NCBI GenBank assembly: GCA_963845065.1
Contig: CAWJQQ010000001.1
Location: 1-64,000, forward strand
Length of the DNA: 64,000 nucleotides
Reading direction: 5' to 3'
Origin: Nitrospirota bacterium
Lineage (GTDB): Bacteria > Nitrospirota > UBA9217
A program made the translations under genes and the position numbers. Shown here in pieces: positions 32,707-43,422 of the stretch (its first letter is position 1; every line of letters begins with the position of its first letter). The notes below the pieces were generated by a model, which was not told the origin of the DNA, did no database searches, and was given only the letters and a program-made list of their open reading frames with translations.

Positions 32707-33786
32707 TCAAGGGGTGTCAGTTCCCTTAACCCTGCAGTACTCAACGCTGAAATACGTACGCTGAAAATACTTGGCAACGTTCACGAGACTGATCAACACA
32801 GGCACCTCCACCAACGGCCCGATGACTGCAGCGAAGGCAGCCCCTGAATTGATACCGAAAACAGCAACAGCGACGGCAATGGCTAATTCGAAATTGTTAC
32901 TTGCCGCAGTGAATGAGAGGGTCGCGGTTTTCGGATAATCCGCGCCTATCTTCTTTCCGAGGTAGAAAGAGACCAAGAACATGACTACAAAATAGATCAG
33001 TAGCGGAATCGCGATGCGGAGTACATCAAGGGGAAGCTTAACGATGTAGTTGCCCTTTAGCGAGAACATAACAACGATCGTGAACAACAGCGAGATAAGG
33101 GTGATCGGGCTTATCTTCGGGATAAAGACCGTCTCATACCACAAGCGGTCCTTAATCTTGATGAGTATAAAGCGCGTGAGCATGCCGGCGATGAACGGAA
33201 TACCAAGATAAATGAATACGCTCTTTGCTATTTGGCCTATTGTCACATTGACGACAACCCCCTTGAGCCCGAACCAGGCTGGCAGGATGGTAATAAAAAT
33301 ATACGCGTAGATGGAAAAGAAGAGTACCTGAAAGATCGAGTTGAACGCTACGAGACCGGCTGCATACTCGGGATCACCGCAGGCAAGGTCGTTCCAGACA
33401 ATCACCATCGCGATGCAGCGAGCAAGACCGATCATGATAAGGCCCACCATGTATTCGGGATAGGAACGTAAAAAGATGATCGCGAGAGCGAACATCAGGA
33501 CCGGGCCGATGACCCAGTTCTGGATGAGCGAGAGACCCAGGACCTTTTTGTTACGAAAGACCTCGCCGAGTTCTTCATACTTGACCTTGGCAAGCGGCGG
33601 GTACATCATAAGAATCAAGCCAATGGCTATGGGAATATTGGTTGTACCCACCTGAAAACTGTTGATGAAGGTTTCTGTCCCCTGAATAAAGTACCCCAGG
33701 CCTACGCCAAAAGCCATAGCAGCGAAGATCCACAAAGTTAGATAGCGATCAATGAAGGAAAGCTGTTTGGTCATGGTTGCGCTCAT
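32707..33786 (-). CDS. acr3: ACR3-family arsenite efflux transporter
   Basis: [44 protein letters not shown]. Confidence 0.95.
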   Translation of the reverse strand: MSATMTKQLSFIDRYLTLWIFAAMAFGVGLGYFIQGTETFINSFQVGTTNIPIAIGLILMMYPPLAKVKYEELGEVFRNKKVLGLSLIQNWVIGPVLMFALAIIFLRSYPEYMVGLIMIGLARCIAMVIVWNDLACGDPEYAAGLVAFNSIFQVLFFSIYAYIFITILPAWFGLKGVVVNVTIGQIAKSVFIYLGIPFIAGMLTRFILIKIKDRLWYETVFIPKISPITLISLLFTIVVMFSLKGNYIVKLPLDVLRIAIPLLIYFVVMFLVSFYLGKKIGADYPKTATLSFTAASNNFELAIAVAVAVFGINSGAAFAAVIGPLVEVPVLISLVNVAKYFQRTYFSVEYCRVKGTDTP

Positions 33787-33799
33787 AATAAATCCACCT

Positions 33800-34240
33800 C
33801 TATTTTTCTTTTATTTGTTGCTGCGAGAGCCATTCCTCTATTCTGGCCCTTATTTTATCTCTTATTATTCTGGTCCCTTCGAGCTTTTCTTCAAGGCTTC
33901 CTGGCAACCGCGAGGGATCGGGAAAACCCCAGTGCAGCCTCTTCACAAGTCCTGGAAATGTGGGGCATCGTTCGGCATTTGTTTCATCATAGACCGTAAT
34001 CACGTAGTTATATCGTTTGCCTGCCTTGAAGCAGTCAAAGGCGCTCTGCGTTTTCTTACTGGAGATATCAAACCCGACCTCCTTCATGACCTCAACAACA
34101 ATCGGATTCAACTCTCTTGGCTCTAATCCCGCGCTTTCAGCGACGTATTTCTCTTCCCCCAAGGCGTTGAGAAACGTCTCTGCCATCTGACTTCGAGCGC
34201 TGTTGTGAACACAGACAAACAACACTTTTGTCTTTCCCAT
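33800..34240 (-). CDS. arsC: Arsenate reductase (LMW-PTP type)
   Basis: [28 protein letters not shown]. Confidence 0.9.
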   Translation of the reverse strand: MGKTKVLFVCVHNSARSQMAETFLNALGEEKYVAESAGLEPRELNPIVVEVMKEVGFDISSKKTQSAFDCFKAGKRYNYVITVYDETNAERCPTFPGLVKRLHWGFPDPSRLPGSLEEKLEGTRIIRDKIRARIEEWLSQQQIKEK

Positions 34241-34284
34241 AAGCTGCCTCCACTATTATTGCACCTTTTAATCCGCTCATGCCA

Positions 34285-35001
34285 TCACGCACCATGCCTC
34301 AGTTTGTCAGCGAAATATGCAGGCAAGCCCATTTCCGTGATAGCCGCTGCAACCTTTTCTATATCGTATGGAACGCGGATAAACTCGGTATTAATCGACT
34401 TCTGCAATATATCCACGATCGCAACACATGCCCTTGTATCGCCATCCTTCGGCTTGCCGACACTGCCGGCATTGATGAATATTTTTCCATTAATGTCCTT
34501 CCAGTACGGTTTGTGGGTATGGCCGTAGATCATAATATCGGCTTTAACCTTTTCGGCCATCTCTCGGAAGAACTTTTCAGGTCGGTCCTCGTACCAATAG
34601 AGGTTGTTTTTCCTGGGCGTTGCATGAAAAAGCAGGACTTTTCTACTTCCGACGTCAAATGCGATCTCCGTAGGAAGGTTTTTCATGTAGTCTTTACTTT
34701 TAGGTGATACATGGTTCTTGGTCCAGGCAAATGACCGGTTAGCCATCTCCTCCTGCACCGGGTCCTCGGCTTTGCATCCGCAATGCTCTCGGTCATTCCC
34801 CACAGCCTCATCGTAATTCCCCTGCACGCCTTCGATTCCATGCTCGACAAGGAAATCAACGACCTCGTTCACAAAGGGCGCATAGCCGCCGAGATCGCCA
34901 AGGTGAAATATCTTGTCCGGCTTCAAGATCATCGCAGCATCATAGGCTGCTTCAAGCGCTTCAATATTTCCATGTATATCGCCAAAAACTGCAAGCTTCA
35001 T
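34285..35001 (-). CDS. Metallophosphoesterase
   Basis: DIHGN, HLGDL, GNYD, GHTHKP, NAGSVGKPKDGD. Confidence 0.9.
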   Translation of the reverse strand: MKLAVFGDIHGNIEALEAAYDAAMILKPDKIFHLGDLGGYAPFVNEVVDFLVEHGIEGVQGNYDEAVGNDREHCGCKAEDPVQEEMANRSFAWTKNHVSPKSKDYMKNLPTEIAFDVGSRKVLLFHATPRKNNLYWYEDRPEKFFREMAEKVKADIMIYGHTHKPYWKDINGKIFINAGSVGKPKDGDTRACVAIVDILQKSINTEFIRVPYDIEKVAAAITEMGLPAYFADKLRHGA

Positions 35002-35004
35002 AAT

Positions 35005-35382
35005 TTACACTCCACAGGAGCAAGCATTCTTTTTCGGAGGTATGCAATCCGAGCCTGCTTTTTTTGATTTTAGAAATCGGCCAAGGCGCTTACGGTCTTC
35101 CGCGATGAAACTATCATTGGCCTTTTCGCATACCGATATCATAAGCATTCTCTTGAGTAGGTCCTTTTCATTCAAGCTGTAATGGATCCATTTTCCCTGC
35201 TTGCGGTCCTTGATAAACCCAGCTTCTTTCAAGGTACTGAGATGGAAAGACACCTTTGGCTGCACCATGTCCAGCGCGGCTGTGATATCGCACACGCATA
35301 GTTCTCCCTGTTCCAGCAGTTTTATGATGCGAAGTCTTGTTTCGTCGGACAATGCCTTAAAAATGACTACCAGTTCGTTCAT
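35005..35382 (-). CDS. arsR: ArsR/SmtB-family repressor
   Basis: FKALSDETRLRI, ELCVCDI, VSFHL. Confidence 0.92.
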   Translation of the reverse strand: MNELVVIFKALSDETRLRIIKLLEQGELCVCDITAALDMVQPKVSFHLSTLKEAGFIKDRKQGKWIHYSLNEKDLLKRMLMISVCEKANDSFIAEDRKRLGRFLKSKKAGSDCIPPKKNACSCGV

Positions 35383-35393
35383 ATTTCACCCTT

Positions 35394-35933
35394 TCAATCA
35401 AAGCGGAATCGGCTGAGATACGTTTTCAGCCCTATCACGCCTTCTTCATTCAATTCCGGGCAATCTTCGTATCCTTTAATCCCTTCGGCCGCAAGCGATG
35501 CGAACATCATGCACGTTGGTTGTCCACACTTGCGGCAGTTAGTCTTCGGCAGCAGTTTGTATATTTCCAGAATGTGAGGCTTAGCCTTGCCCTCATATTT
35601 TGGTACGATCGCGGCCCGATTCTCCCATGCTGCATTAATTTCTTTCTTCAGCCATTCCAGAATGTGATGCGCTTCCGCCTCATCCCGCAGGGCGTTGACT
35701 GCGATCTTTCTGCCGTGAACAGTGAGAAGTTTTCCCTGAGCCTTGAAGGTAACCGACGGCGGGTCCTTAATATACGCATCTCCTCCCAGCACAGCGTTCA
35801 GATAAGGAAGCGCCTCGCTGATGTCTTCATCAAGGTGGGCGATGCAGTGCAATGACTGAAAAGTATTATTGCACGCCGGTATAGTTATCTCTGCCCGGTA
35901 TCCCGTGAGTAGCATGGAACATATCTCCTTCAT
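35394..35933 (-). CDS. (Fe-S)-binding protein
   Basis: LPKTNCRKCGQPTCMMFA...CPEL. Confidence 0.8.
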   Translation of the reverse strand: MKEICSMLLTGYRAEITIPACNNTFQSLHCIAHLDEDISEALPYLNAVLGGDAYIKDPPSVTFKAQGKLLTVHGRKIAVNALRDEAEAHHILEWLKKEINAAWENRAAIVPKYEGKAKPHILEIYKLLPKTNCRKCGQPTCMMFASLAAEGIKGYEDCPELNEEGVIGLKTYLSRFRFD

Positions 35934-35940
35934 CGATTTG

Positions 35941-36183
35941 TTACGCCTCTGCTTTTATAAGCTCCTTCACCTTCTCCAGGCTCGGGAGCGGCTTACCGGT
36001 ATGCTTGATCTTGCCGTTCACGATAAGGCCAGGAGTGGACATTATGCCATGCATCGCGATCTGTCCAATGTCAGTGATCTTCTCTACCTTTGCCTCAACG
36101 CCGAGTTCTTTCACCGCGGTCTTCGCGATCTCTTCCATTTTGTTGCAGTTTACGCAACCAGAGCCGAGCACTTTAATTTCCAT
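35941..36183 (-). CDS. Small thioredoxin-family (redox-active disulfide) protein
   Basis: LGSGCVNC, GIMSTPGLIVNG. Confidence 0.9.
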   Translation of the reverse strand: MEIKVLGSGCVNCNKMEEIAKTAVKELGVEAKVEKITDIGQIAMHGIMSTPGLIVNGKIKHTGKPLPSLEKVKELIKAEA

Positions 36184-36194
36184 TTTCCATCCTC

Positions 36195-37148
36195 CTAAAG
36201 AATCGCATTGAACAGGTAACCTACCCCGATGATTGTAACCGTCATAATGGAGACGAACACCGCGAGAAGCTTGACTTTCAGCACCTTTCGGAGAATGATC
36301 ATCTCAGGGAGAGACAGGGCCGTGACCGCCATCATGAAAGCCAGCACTGTGCCCATGCTCATTCCCTTCTCCATGAGGGCATATACGATCGGGATCACAC
36401 CTGCAGCATTAGAATACAGCGGCACGCCGATCGCAACAGCAATCGGAACAGAGAAGGGGTTACCGTTGCCTGCGTACCGGGCAAGAAAGTCGTCCGGTGC
36501 ATACCCGTGAATGAACCCACCGATACCAATGGCGACGACCACATAGACCCAGACCTTTTGCATGATTTCCATCGTATTGGCCCGGGCGTATACGAGCCGG
36601 TCTTTGAATGTTTGACTAACGGTATTGATTGCCGCACCAATTAATCGTATTTTGTAGACGTAATCCTCCACCCATTTTTCCAGTTTGAGTTTGCCGATGA
36701 TAAAACCGGCGATAATGGCCACTGACAACCCTGCGCTCATGTAGATTACCGCGGTCTTCCAGCCGAAGAGGCCCCAGAGAAGAACCACGGCAACCTCATT
36801 CACCATGGGCGAGGAGATGAGAAAGGAAAAGGTGACGCCGAGCGGAATGCCGGCTTCTACGAAGCCGATAAAAAGCGGAACCGCGGAGCAGGAACAAAAA
36901 GGTGTGACAACCCCCAGCAGAGCAGCGAGAATATTACCAATAAACTCCCGTTTATGAGATAGAATACGCTTGGTGCGCTCTGGCGGGAAGTAGGACCGGA
37001 TGACTGAAACTGTAAAGATGATGACGGAGAGCAGCAAAAATATCTTTATCGCTTCGTAAATGAAGAATTCCAGAGCGCCAGATAATCGCGTTTCCTGTGC
37101 CATTCCGAACAGGCCATACACCAAGTAATGTGCAAAAATCTTGAGCAT
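36195..37148 (-). CDS. ArsP-type permease
   Basis: TPFCSCSAVP, GVPLYSNAAG, ALSLPE. Confidence 0.9.
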   Translation of the reverse strand: MLKIFAHYLVYGLFGMAQETRLSGALEFFIYEAIKIFLLLSVIIFTVSVIRSYFPPERTKRILSHKREFIGNILAALLGVVTPFCSCSAVPLFIGFVEAGIPLGVTFSFLISSPMVNEVAVVLLWGLFGWKTAVIYMSAGLSVAIIAGFIIGKLKLEKWVEDYVYKIRLIGAAINTVSQTFKDRLVYARANTMEIMQKVWVYVVVAIGIGGFIHGYAPDDFLARYAGNGNPFSVPIAVAIGVPLYSNAAGVIPIVYALMEKGMSMGTVLAFMMAVTALSLPEMIILRKVLKVKLLAVFVSIMTVTIIGVGYLFNAIL

Positions 37149-37158
37149 CAATTCGCCT

Positions 37159-37206
37159 CATATAAACATCTTTTTATATGTTAACGAAGTGGTGCTGGTT
37201 TGTCAA
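37159..37206 (-). promoter_or_regulatory. Sigma70 promoter with overlapping palindrome (probable ArsR operator)
   Basis: TTGACA-N17-TAACAT; inverted repeat CATATAAA-N6-TTTATATG at 37159-37180. Confidence 0.65.
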
Positions 37207-37371
37207 GGGCTTATTTCAGTTTATCTAAAATATTATATTCAATATTGATTAATAAAAAAGAGCGGGACATCGGGGACAACACGTACTCTGCTCCGCAAGA
37301 GATTTGTTCAGCTCTACGGTTGAGCTCGTGGTTCACACTAGCATTACAGTTCATTTGCTATAGGTAATTAT

Positions 37372-37588
37372 TAACAAATACAGGTTGTAACATTATGAGA
37401 TTACAGTAACAGCAACCACAACGACTACAGGATGGATTCGTTAAGAGAGTACTTCATCACAAAATGCAATGATTCAAAATGAATTCTACACCTTCGCGAC
37501 GATTATACGAAACTCGACTTCACCTACAAGGTTGTAACGGCGACCGATACATTGGAGGTGCATAATACTGGTAGAAACTTAGCATAAC
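37372..37588 (+). repeat. Modular intergenic repeat, full copy (47+99+61 bp)
   Basis: TAACAAATAC|..GACTAC|AGGATG (37429)..CACCTAC (37521)|..GCATAAC. Confidence 0.85.
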
Positions 37589-37640
37589 GCCGACGTGAGG
37601 GGCGCATCTTCCAGCGACCTTCTCGACGGAGTTGTTAGAC
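37582..37640 (-). repeat. attC site (59 bp)
   Basis: Minus strand GTCTAAC..CGTCGAG..CTCACG..GTTATGC, L-box with extrahelical base, 5 bp after the stop codon. Confidence 0.85.
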
Positions 37641-37645
37641 TCGAT

Positions 37646-38191
37646 TTACTTTCCGCTGCTATTTTTTTGGTTGGAATTTCTCAGATATTCGAGCGCTGCC
37701 TTAGCAACATCGACTGGAATAAATATTGCGACAATGTTCATCGACGACATATCAGGCTGTGCGTTTATCGGATACTGATATCTCAAACCATAGACGAGAA
37801 CATCGCCGTTTCTATTTTGCCAATCACTTAGCCAGGAGTGGACCTTCATATTTGGCTTCTTTGATATATCCTCGTAATCTGACCAACCACGCACGAATGA
37901 GGTAGGCAGTCCGGGATTTAAGAAATCCTCATTTAGCGGTGTCCAGCCCATATTACCTAACTTCTTTAGCAGTTGATTGATAATTTCAGCGGCAGGATAG
38001 TCTGCCTTAAGATTATAAGTAACTTGATCTGTTTTATTAACCTTCGCATAGTTTATGTTTGTTGCGCCCGATAAAACGATCAACGAGTCCGAGTAGTTCT
38101 TGGGATCTTGAATTGATTTGGTCTGACAGCCCAGCAATGTTACAACTATCAGAACGATAAATATTAAGCGTGTATTATGACTCATCACCAC
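37646..38191 (-). CDS. Hypothetical lipoprotein (cassette gene)
   Basis: Lipobox LLGC; starts right after GTTAGAG core and is followed by attC. Confidence 0.75.
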   Translation of the reverse strand: MVMSHNTRLIFIVLIVVTLLGCQTKSIQDPKNYSDSLIVLSGATNINYAKVNKTDQVTYNLKADYPAAEIINQLLKKLGNMGWTPLNEDFLNPGLPTSFVRGWSDYEDISKKPNMKVHSWLSDWQNRNGDVLVYGLRYQYPINAQPDMSSMNIVAIFIPVDVAKAALEYLRNSNQKNSSGK

Positions 38192-38261
38192 CTCTAACGC
38201 ACGAGATCACCAAACGACAGGCAAGATAGATGCCTTTGTCAGAGACGCTTTAATGTTATCT
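38192..38261 (-). repeat. Degenerate attC-like site
   Basis: Minus strand AGATAAC...GTTAGAG; inner stem GACA-GGCA/TGCC-TGTC; L boxes pair poorly. Confidence 0.5.
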
Positions 38262-38453
38262 TTCGAAGGCTAAGACTGCACCCTTAATACTGTTGAGCAT
38301 CCGTTCGAGGCGAAGGGTTACAAATTTCCTGCTAACCGGACTGATTAAGAAGAACTTTGGAAACTTGCTTGTTACGCCAACCTCAACCACAGCCCCAGTG
38401 CCTTGGGCTCGAACATAAATGGGATAAAGTGAACCATAACTCATCAGCGTCAT
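38256..38453 (-). CDS. Short hypothetical protein or fragment
   Basis: Stop codon lies inside the inverse core of the attC-like site. Confidence 0.35.
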   Translation of the reverse strand: MTLMSYGSLYPIYVRAQGTGAVVEVGVTSKFPKFFLISPVSRKFVTLRLERMLNSIKGAVLAFER

Positions 38454-38731
38454 TCTTTCATTCAGTTTGCCATCACATCACCGGAGAGAGGCATTTTCAG
38501 ATTATCATGAGTTATTTAATTCCGAATATGCTTATCCGGTTAATACGTACAATCTGAAAACGCTTTACTCTTGACAACTTTTTAAGGCTGACAGTCGGGG
38601 CAGTTTAATGCTAGAGGGTAGCCGCTAGTTGGGATATACAAACCATCCTATCGGCATCAATGCACTCTGAGAACCTAAATCCCCAAAGTATCGGTGCAGA
38701 CAAACCCTGCGATACAGCGACCCGCTAAGAC

Positions 38732-39526
38732 TCAATTGCTAAAGAGAATATACTGATTCAGCAACTCGACTTTTCCAAGATCATATTTGAAAGGTCGAAT
38801 GCGGGTAATTTGATATACTGGGTTAATCCGCTTTTGAAGTTCGGCGAGTATGGGCATTGGCACGAGAAAATGGTTCAAGATCACCTTTGCTGGAGATACA
38901 AATATCTTGTTGTCGTGGACCTCTAAGCGAAGCGCTGCATAACCTTTGAGCCGGTTATTTATTATGAACTTTTCAACGAGTTTTCTATCCTTAAGGGGAA
39001 TCGTATTGACCGGAATATCAAACTCTAATTCAATGAAGGGGGGGGTGAATTTTATCAAAAATTTGTCGTAATGAAAGTTTAGTCTCTTCGCTGTCTTTTC
39101 AAATTCGTCCTTTATCGTTTGTTCCGATACCAACATCCCGATCTTAAAATCCGAGTAGGAAGTAATTGCAAAAATGTTCGATTTTTTTAACGTTCCGAGA
39201 TCGATTTGAGGATTGGTATATTGCACGGTCACATAGTCGGCCGGTAAAATATTTTTTGGCATCGACACGAATTTGATGAACAAAGACTCCAGATTTCCGC
39301 CTTTATCTGCTACCCTTTTCGTTTTAATCTCTATTCTTTCACATGTTACGTTCTTTCTTAATGCTTTCTCAATTTCACTATCAAGAGGTTCACGGGAATA
39401 CAACAGATTGGGTGTAGCGAATAAAAGGCCGATTACAGACGACAAGACCATAATCAAATGAGTAAAGGCATGCTTGGTTTTATCTTTGAACGAGTTTGCC
39501 ATTCTCAATGTATAATTCCTTTGCAT
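38732..39526 (-). CDS. Hypothetical exported protein
   Basis: Long ORF with N-terminal hydrophobic segment; true start probably downstream. Confidence 0.6.
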   Translation of the reverse strand: MQRNYTLRMANSFKDKTKHAFTHLIMVLSSVIGLLFATPNLLYSREPLDSEIEKALRKNVTCERIEIKTKRVADKGGNLESLFIKFVSMPKNILPADYVTVQYTNPQIDLGTLKKSNIFAITSYSDFKIGMLVSEQTIKDEFEKTAKRLNFHYDKFLIKFTPPFIELEFDIPVNTIPLKDRKLVEKFIINNRLKGYAALRLEVHDNKIFVSPAKVILNHFLVPMPILAELQKRINPVYQITRIRPFKYDLGKVELLNQYILFSN

Positions 39527-39884
39527 TATAGAGGTCAGGATCCGGGACGCTGATGCGGTAGCGGCTGGCGCCTCCAGTATCGTACAGGGTGTACAGGTAA
39601 GCTTTTCCGCTCAAAAGATCGTTGCTAACATGATTAAGGAACGCAGGCTGGAGAAGTTCTAATTTCCGAGGATACTCCATGTTTATGACGAAATAAGCCT
39701 CTACGGCCTTTGAAAGGTTCTGCAAATCCGACTGAACCCTTTCTCGTGAGGTAGCGTAAATCTGTTTCGGCGGTTTATAATTACTTACGCCTCCTCTCCA
39801 GTAAAGGACAGCGACATAACCAATGAGTGCCACGGTGATCACGATAAATATATAAGTGAGCAAGCGGAGTTTGTTCTTTCGCAT
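39480..39884 (-). CDS. Hypothetical membrane-anchored, pilin/T2SG-like protein
   Basis: TM helix, then SDLQNLSKAVEAYF...YP. Confidence 0.5.
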   Translation of the reverse strand: MRKNKLRLLTYIFIVITVALIGYVAVLYWRGGVSNYKPPKQIYATSRERVQSDLQNLSKAVEAYFVINMEYPRKLELLQPAFLNHVSNDLLSGKAYLYTLYDTGGASRYRISVPDPDLYNAKELYIENGKLVQR

Positions 39885-40246
39885 AGTCAGGTTTCTTTTC
39901 CGTTAGTTTTTAACCTTTAGCCGATTCAAGACCGAGGGGTTATATTTGTTGCTATCAGCGTGATGCGATACGACCTTCTTTGCGGGATCAGAGGACATTC
40001 TTCAAACTTCAGCTTTCTTCTGTTCAAAGTGGTTGATGAGTTTTTGTATTATACCAAAATGGGCTTTCAGGTTCCACGTAATTAATAGGCACTCTTCTGG
40101 AAAACTGATTTATCAGAGTGTTGTAATTCGCTCAACATGCAAAAATCCATGCTTGAGGAATTTCGGTCACTTCCAACGGAAATTATCCTCTATGATGTTT
40201 AACATGAAGTATTGATCGACGCATGAATGTCGGGAGTGTGACTTTC

Positions 40247-40382
40247 AGGAAGACTATCGCCCGCAATGTTATAACCGGAAATTCTTAATCGCCGCCAAGA
40301 ACACAATCCTCACGGCCACCTACTACTCTGGATGGGCGCTTGAGGCAATTGGTTGCTAAATACTGCTTGTAGTACGCAGAAC
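40247..40382 (+). repeat. Divergent modular repeat (77+59 bp)
   Basis: CTTTC|AGGAAG..CACCTAC (40317)|..GCAGAAC. Confidence 0.6.
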
Positions 40383-40436
40383 GACGAGTTGAGGGGCGAT
40401 AGTTTCTTGCCCGCCCCCTCGAACGCCTTGTTAGTT
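40376..40436 (-). repeat. attC site (61 bp)
   Basis: Minus strand AACTAAC..GTTCGAGGGGGCG..CGCCCCTCAAC..GTTCTGC with extrahelical base, 7 bp after the stop codon. Confidence 0.8.
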
Positions 40437-40443
40437 TATGATT

Positions 40444-40680
40444 CTAGTATGGTCCTGAAAGAACTTTCTTAAGGGAAACATCAAAGTTAGGATCAATTGA
40501 CTTGTTCATTTTGTAACGTAAATCTGATATGCGCCATCCGTTCAGTGTTTTTACAGTCTCAAACTGGATTTCTATGAGGTCTTTTACTTCATTCTGGTCA
40601 TACAAAACAGAAACGACATTTGCCCCTGGCTTTCTATTAATCCTGATATTTCTAATGCCGTCAGGGTCTTGGCTACCCCG
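40444..40680 (-). pseudogene. C-terminal fragment of a cassette gene (DUF3828-like)
   Basis: SQD...GWRISDLRY; lacks its own 5' end. Confidence 0.4.
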
Positions 40681-40723
40681 AGTTGCTCCATGATGCTGCC
40701 GACTCGGGCTAAGAAGCGGATGG

Positions 40724-41272
<549 letters not shown>

Positions 41273-41469
41273 TACGTAAGAGTACCGCTAGCCATAGGGC
41301 AGCCTAACCAAGTATTATCTACCCATAAATCGGGTAGTAAAGAACGGATTATCGTTATTTACCAGTTTAGCAATGATAATTCCAAGCCGGTTTAAATCTT
41401 AACGACGACTATAATCCTGTTCAGTAAAGTTGTCAACGGTATCGACTGGGTATTTATTGGGTAGGCGAG

Positions 41470-41633
41470 TAACGACTTCAGGATGATACTTGATGTGTTG
41501 CGAAGAATGGTAACGACAAGGACTAGGATGTTGCTGACGACGGAAAACCATATTACAAAATGCAATACTACAAACGATATTTATTACCTTGATCTCAATA
41601 GTATCTCTGCGAGGTCCACCTACAATCTTGCAA
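41470..41633 (+). repeat. Modular intergenic repeat, divergent copy (45+99 bp)
   Basis: TAACGACTTC|AGGATG..GGACT|AGGATG (41525)..ACAAAATGCAA..CACCTAC (41617)AATCTTGCA. Confidence 0.75.
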
Positions 41634-41747
41634 CCGGGATCAGTTGAAATGGGTATGATATCCGGGTTGTACTATGCATCCCTCAATAGTAATTGCCATA
41701 CCCTAAAATTTGCTAATGCATAGCAATGATTCCACTAAATCTTTCTT

Positions 41748-42134
41748 CTAATGCGATACAGGTTTTGATTTTTGTAACGATTCTGTTAGTGTTGGTGACG
41801 AACTTATGGATACTTTTTCAGACTCACGATGATTGGCGCTTGATTGAACATCTTGACCATCAGATTGTGGCGGTAGAAAATATGCAACGAGGGAAACAAT
41901 GAGGGCGATGAGGGAGATCAAATAAATAGGAACAACTGTCCAATTCGGTTTTTCTATTGCTTTTCCTATTGTGCTAATATTGTCTTCTATCTCTCTTATA
42001 CGAATTTCTGCGGTTATTGACGGTTCTTCATGTGAATTTTTACCTGCAATCTGTTCCCATTGTTGTTTTAGCTGTTCTAAGGATAAATGAGCATAAGGTC
42101 GGGTTAGCGTTCGGCGATGAGATATACCAGACAT
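41748..42134 (-). CDS. Hypothetical single-TM protein
   Basis: AAGGAG RBS, one TM helix. Confidence 0.55.
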   Translation of the reverse strand: MSGISHRRTLTRPYAHLSLEQLKQQWEQIAGKNSHEEPSITAEIRIREIEDNISTIGKAIEKPNWTVVPIYLISLIALIVSLVAYFLPPQSDGQDVQSSANHRESEKVSISSSPTLTESLQKSKPVSH

Positions 42135-42159
42135 ATATATTCTCCTTTGTTAGCGACTA

Positions 42160-42930
42160 TCATGGGATCAGCTTGCCCAGAATGCCGTAAAACTCGTTCA
42201 GCGCCTTGGTATCCGCGGGAAGTGCGATCAGCGGCCTGCCGTTCAAGTCGTAATCAATGATCATATCGTCGGCGGAAACGAATCCAGCGAAGTCCATGGC
42301 CTGCTTCTTGATTGCCTGAAGAAGAGAGGGATCTTCTCGCATGCCATCCTGAACACGGTTCACGATCAAGACCGCACGCTTGATGTTCAGGCCCAGTTCT
42401 TTTACCAAGGCAGTGATTCGCCCGGCAGTCATAACCCCACGAACAGAAGGGTCGCTGATGATCATGAGCAGGTCAATATCCTGCGTCGTACGGCGAGACA
42501 GGTGCTCCAACCCGGCCTCATTATCCATCACCGTGTAAGGATACCTGTCTGCGAGTTTATCCATGTATTTGCGGATGAAATTGTTAGCAGCACAGTAGCA
42601 GCCAGCCCCTTCGGGTCTGCCCATCACGAGCAAATCGAACCCTTTCGCCTCGACGAGTGACTGATTTACATGGTAATCAAAGAGCTCCTCTACACTCATG
42701 CCGCCGGGCCTTCGCCCTGTAGCTTTAATGGTTTCGAGAGACTCTTCCCGTAAAGCGCCTATGGTTGAGTGGACCTCCACGCCAAGCACGTCATGCAAGT
42801 TCGCATTGGCGTCAGCATCAACGGCAAATACAGGCCCGTTCTTTTTTTCCATCAAATATCGTATGGTAAGACCGCAAAGGCTGGTCTTGCCCGTGCCACC
42901 CTTACCTGCAACTGCTATCGAGTAACTCAT
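42160..42930 (-). CDS. cooC: CooC/AcsF-like nickel-insertion ATPase
   Basis: AGKGGTGKT, VDADANANL, MGRPEGAGCYC, DNEAGLEHLSR. Confidence 0.88.
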   Translation of the reverse strand: MSYSIAVAGKGGTGKTSLCGLTIRYLMEKKNGPVFAVDADANANLHDVLGVEVHSTIGALREESLETIKATGRRPGGMSVEELFDYHVNQSLVEAKGFDLLVMGRPEGAGCYCAANNFIRKYMDKLADRYPYTVMDNEAGLEHLSRRTTQDIDLLMIISDPSVRGVMTAGRITALVKELGLNIKRAVLIVNRVQDGMREDPSLLQAIKKQAMDFAGFVSADDMIIDYDLNGRPLIALPADTKALNEFYGILGKLIP

Positions 42931-43019
42931 TGACTATATAAACTCCGATCCTGAAAGTATTAAACCAATCAATTGCAAACGAAAAAATATGTCATGTTTG
43001 AAGCTTAAACAAATAATGC

Positions 43020-43391
43020 CTAAGGTATTTCATGGTCCTTCCGCTTCAAGTGTTCAACAATGATCAAGCCTAAGTCCACAACAAAAATGGTTATTACGAT
43101 GCTGTCCATAACAGTCACTAGAGAACTCGACGGCAAGAGTTGCTCGCCACCCCAAAAAACGAATGCTGTGCCGAGCAACAGTCCCTTGACCAATTCACCC
43201 CGTTGCCGGTCGGCGCTTAACTGAAAACTAATATAGGACAAGCCTATACACATTAGCGGCAATGCGCCCATCCGCTGATGGACGGAGGTAAAATGCAATT
43301 GGTGCAAACTGTCTGAAAGCAATAGAGTAAATAATCCAACTAAAGCAGAAATGAAAAAAAATATACTGAGCACTCGAAACAATCTTATCAA
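43020..43391 (-). CDS. Four-TM hypothetical membrane protein
   Basis: Hydrophobic ORF; paralogous relic at 44249-44615. Confidence 0.65.
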   Translation of the reverse strand: MIRLFRVLSIFFFISALVGLFTLLLSDSLHQLHFTSVHQRMGALPLMCIGLSYISFQLSADRQRGELVKGLLLGTAFVFWGGEQLLPSSSLVTVMDSIVITIFVVDLGLIIVEHLKRKDHEIP

Positions 43392-43422
43392 AATAGGTTC
43401 CTACAGTCAGTATTACTGAACA

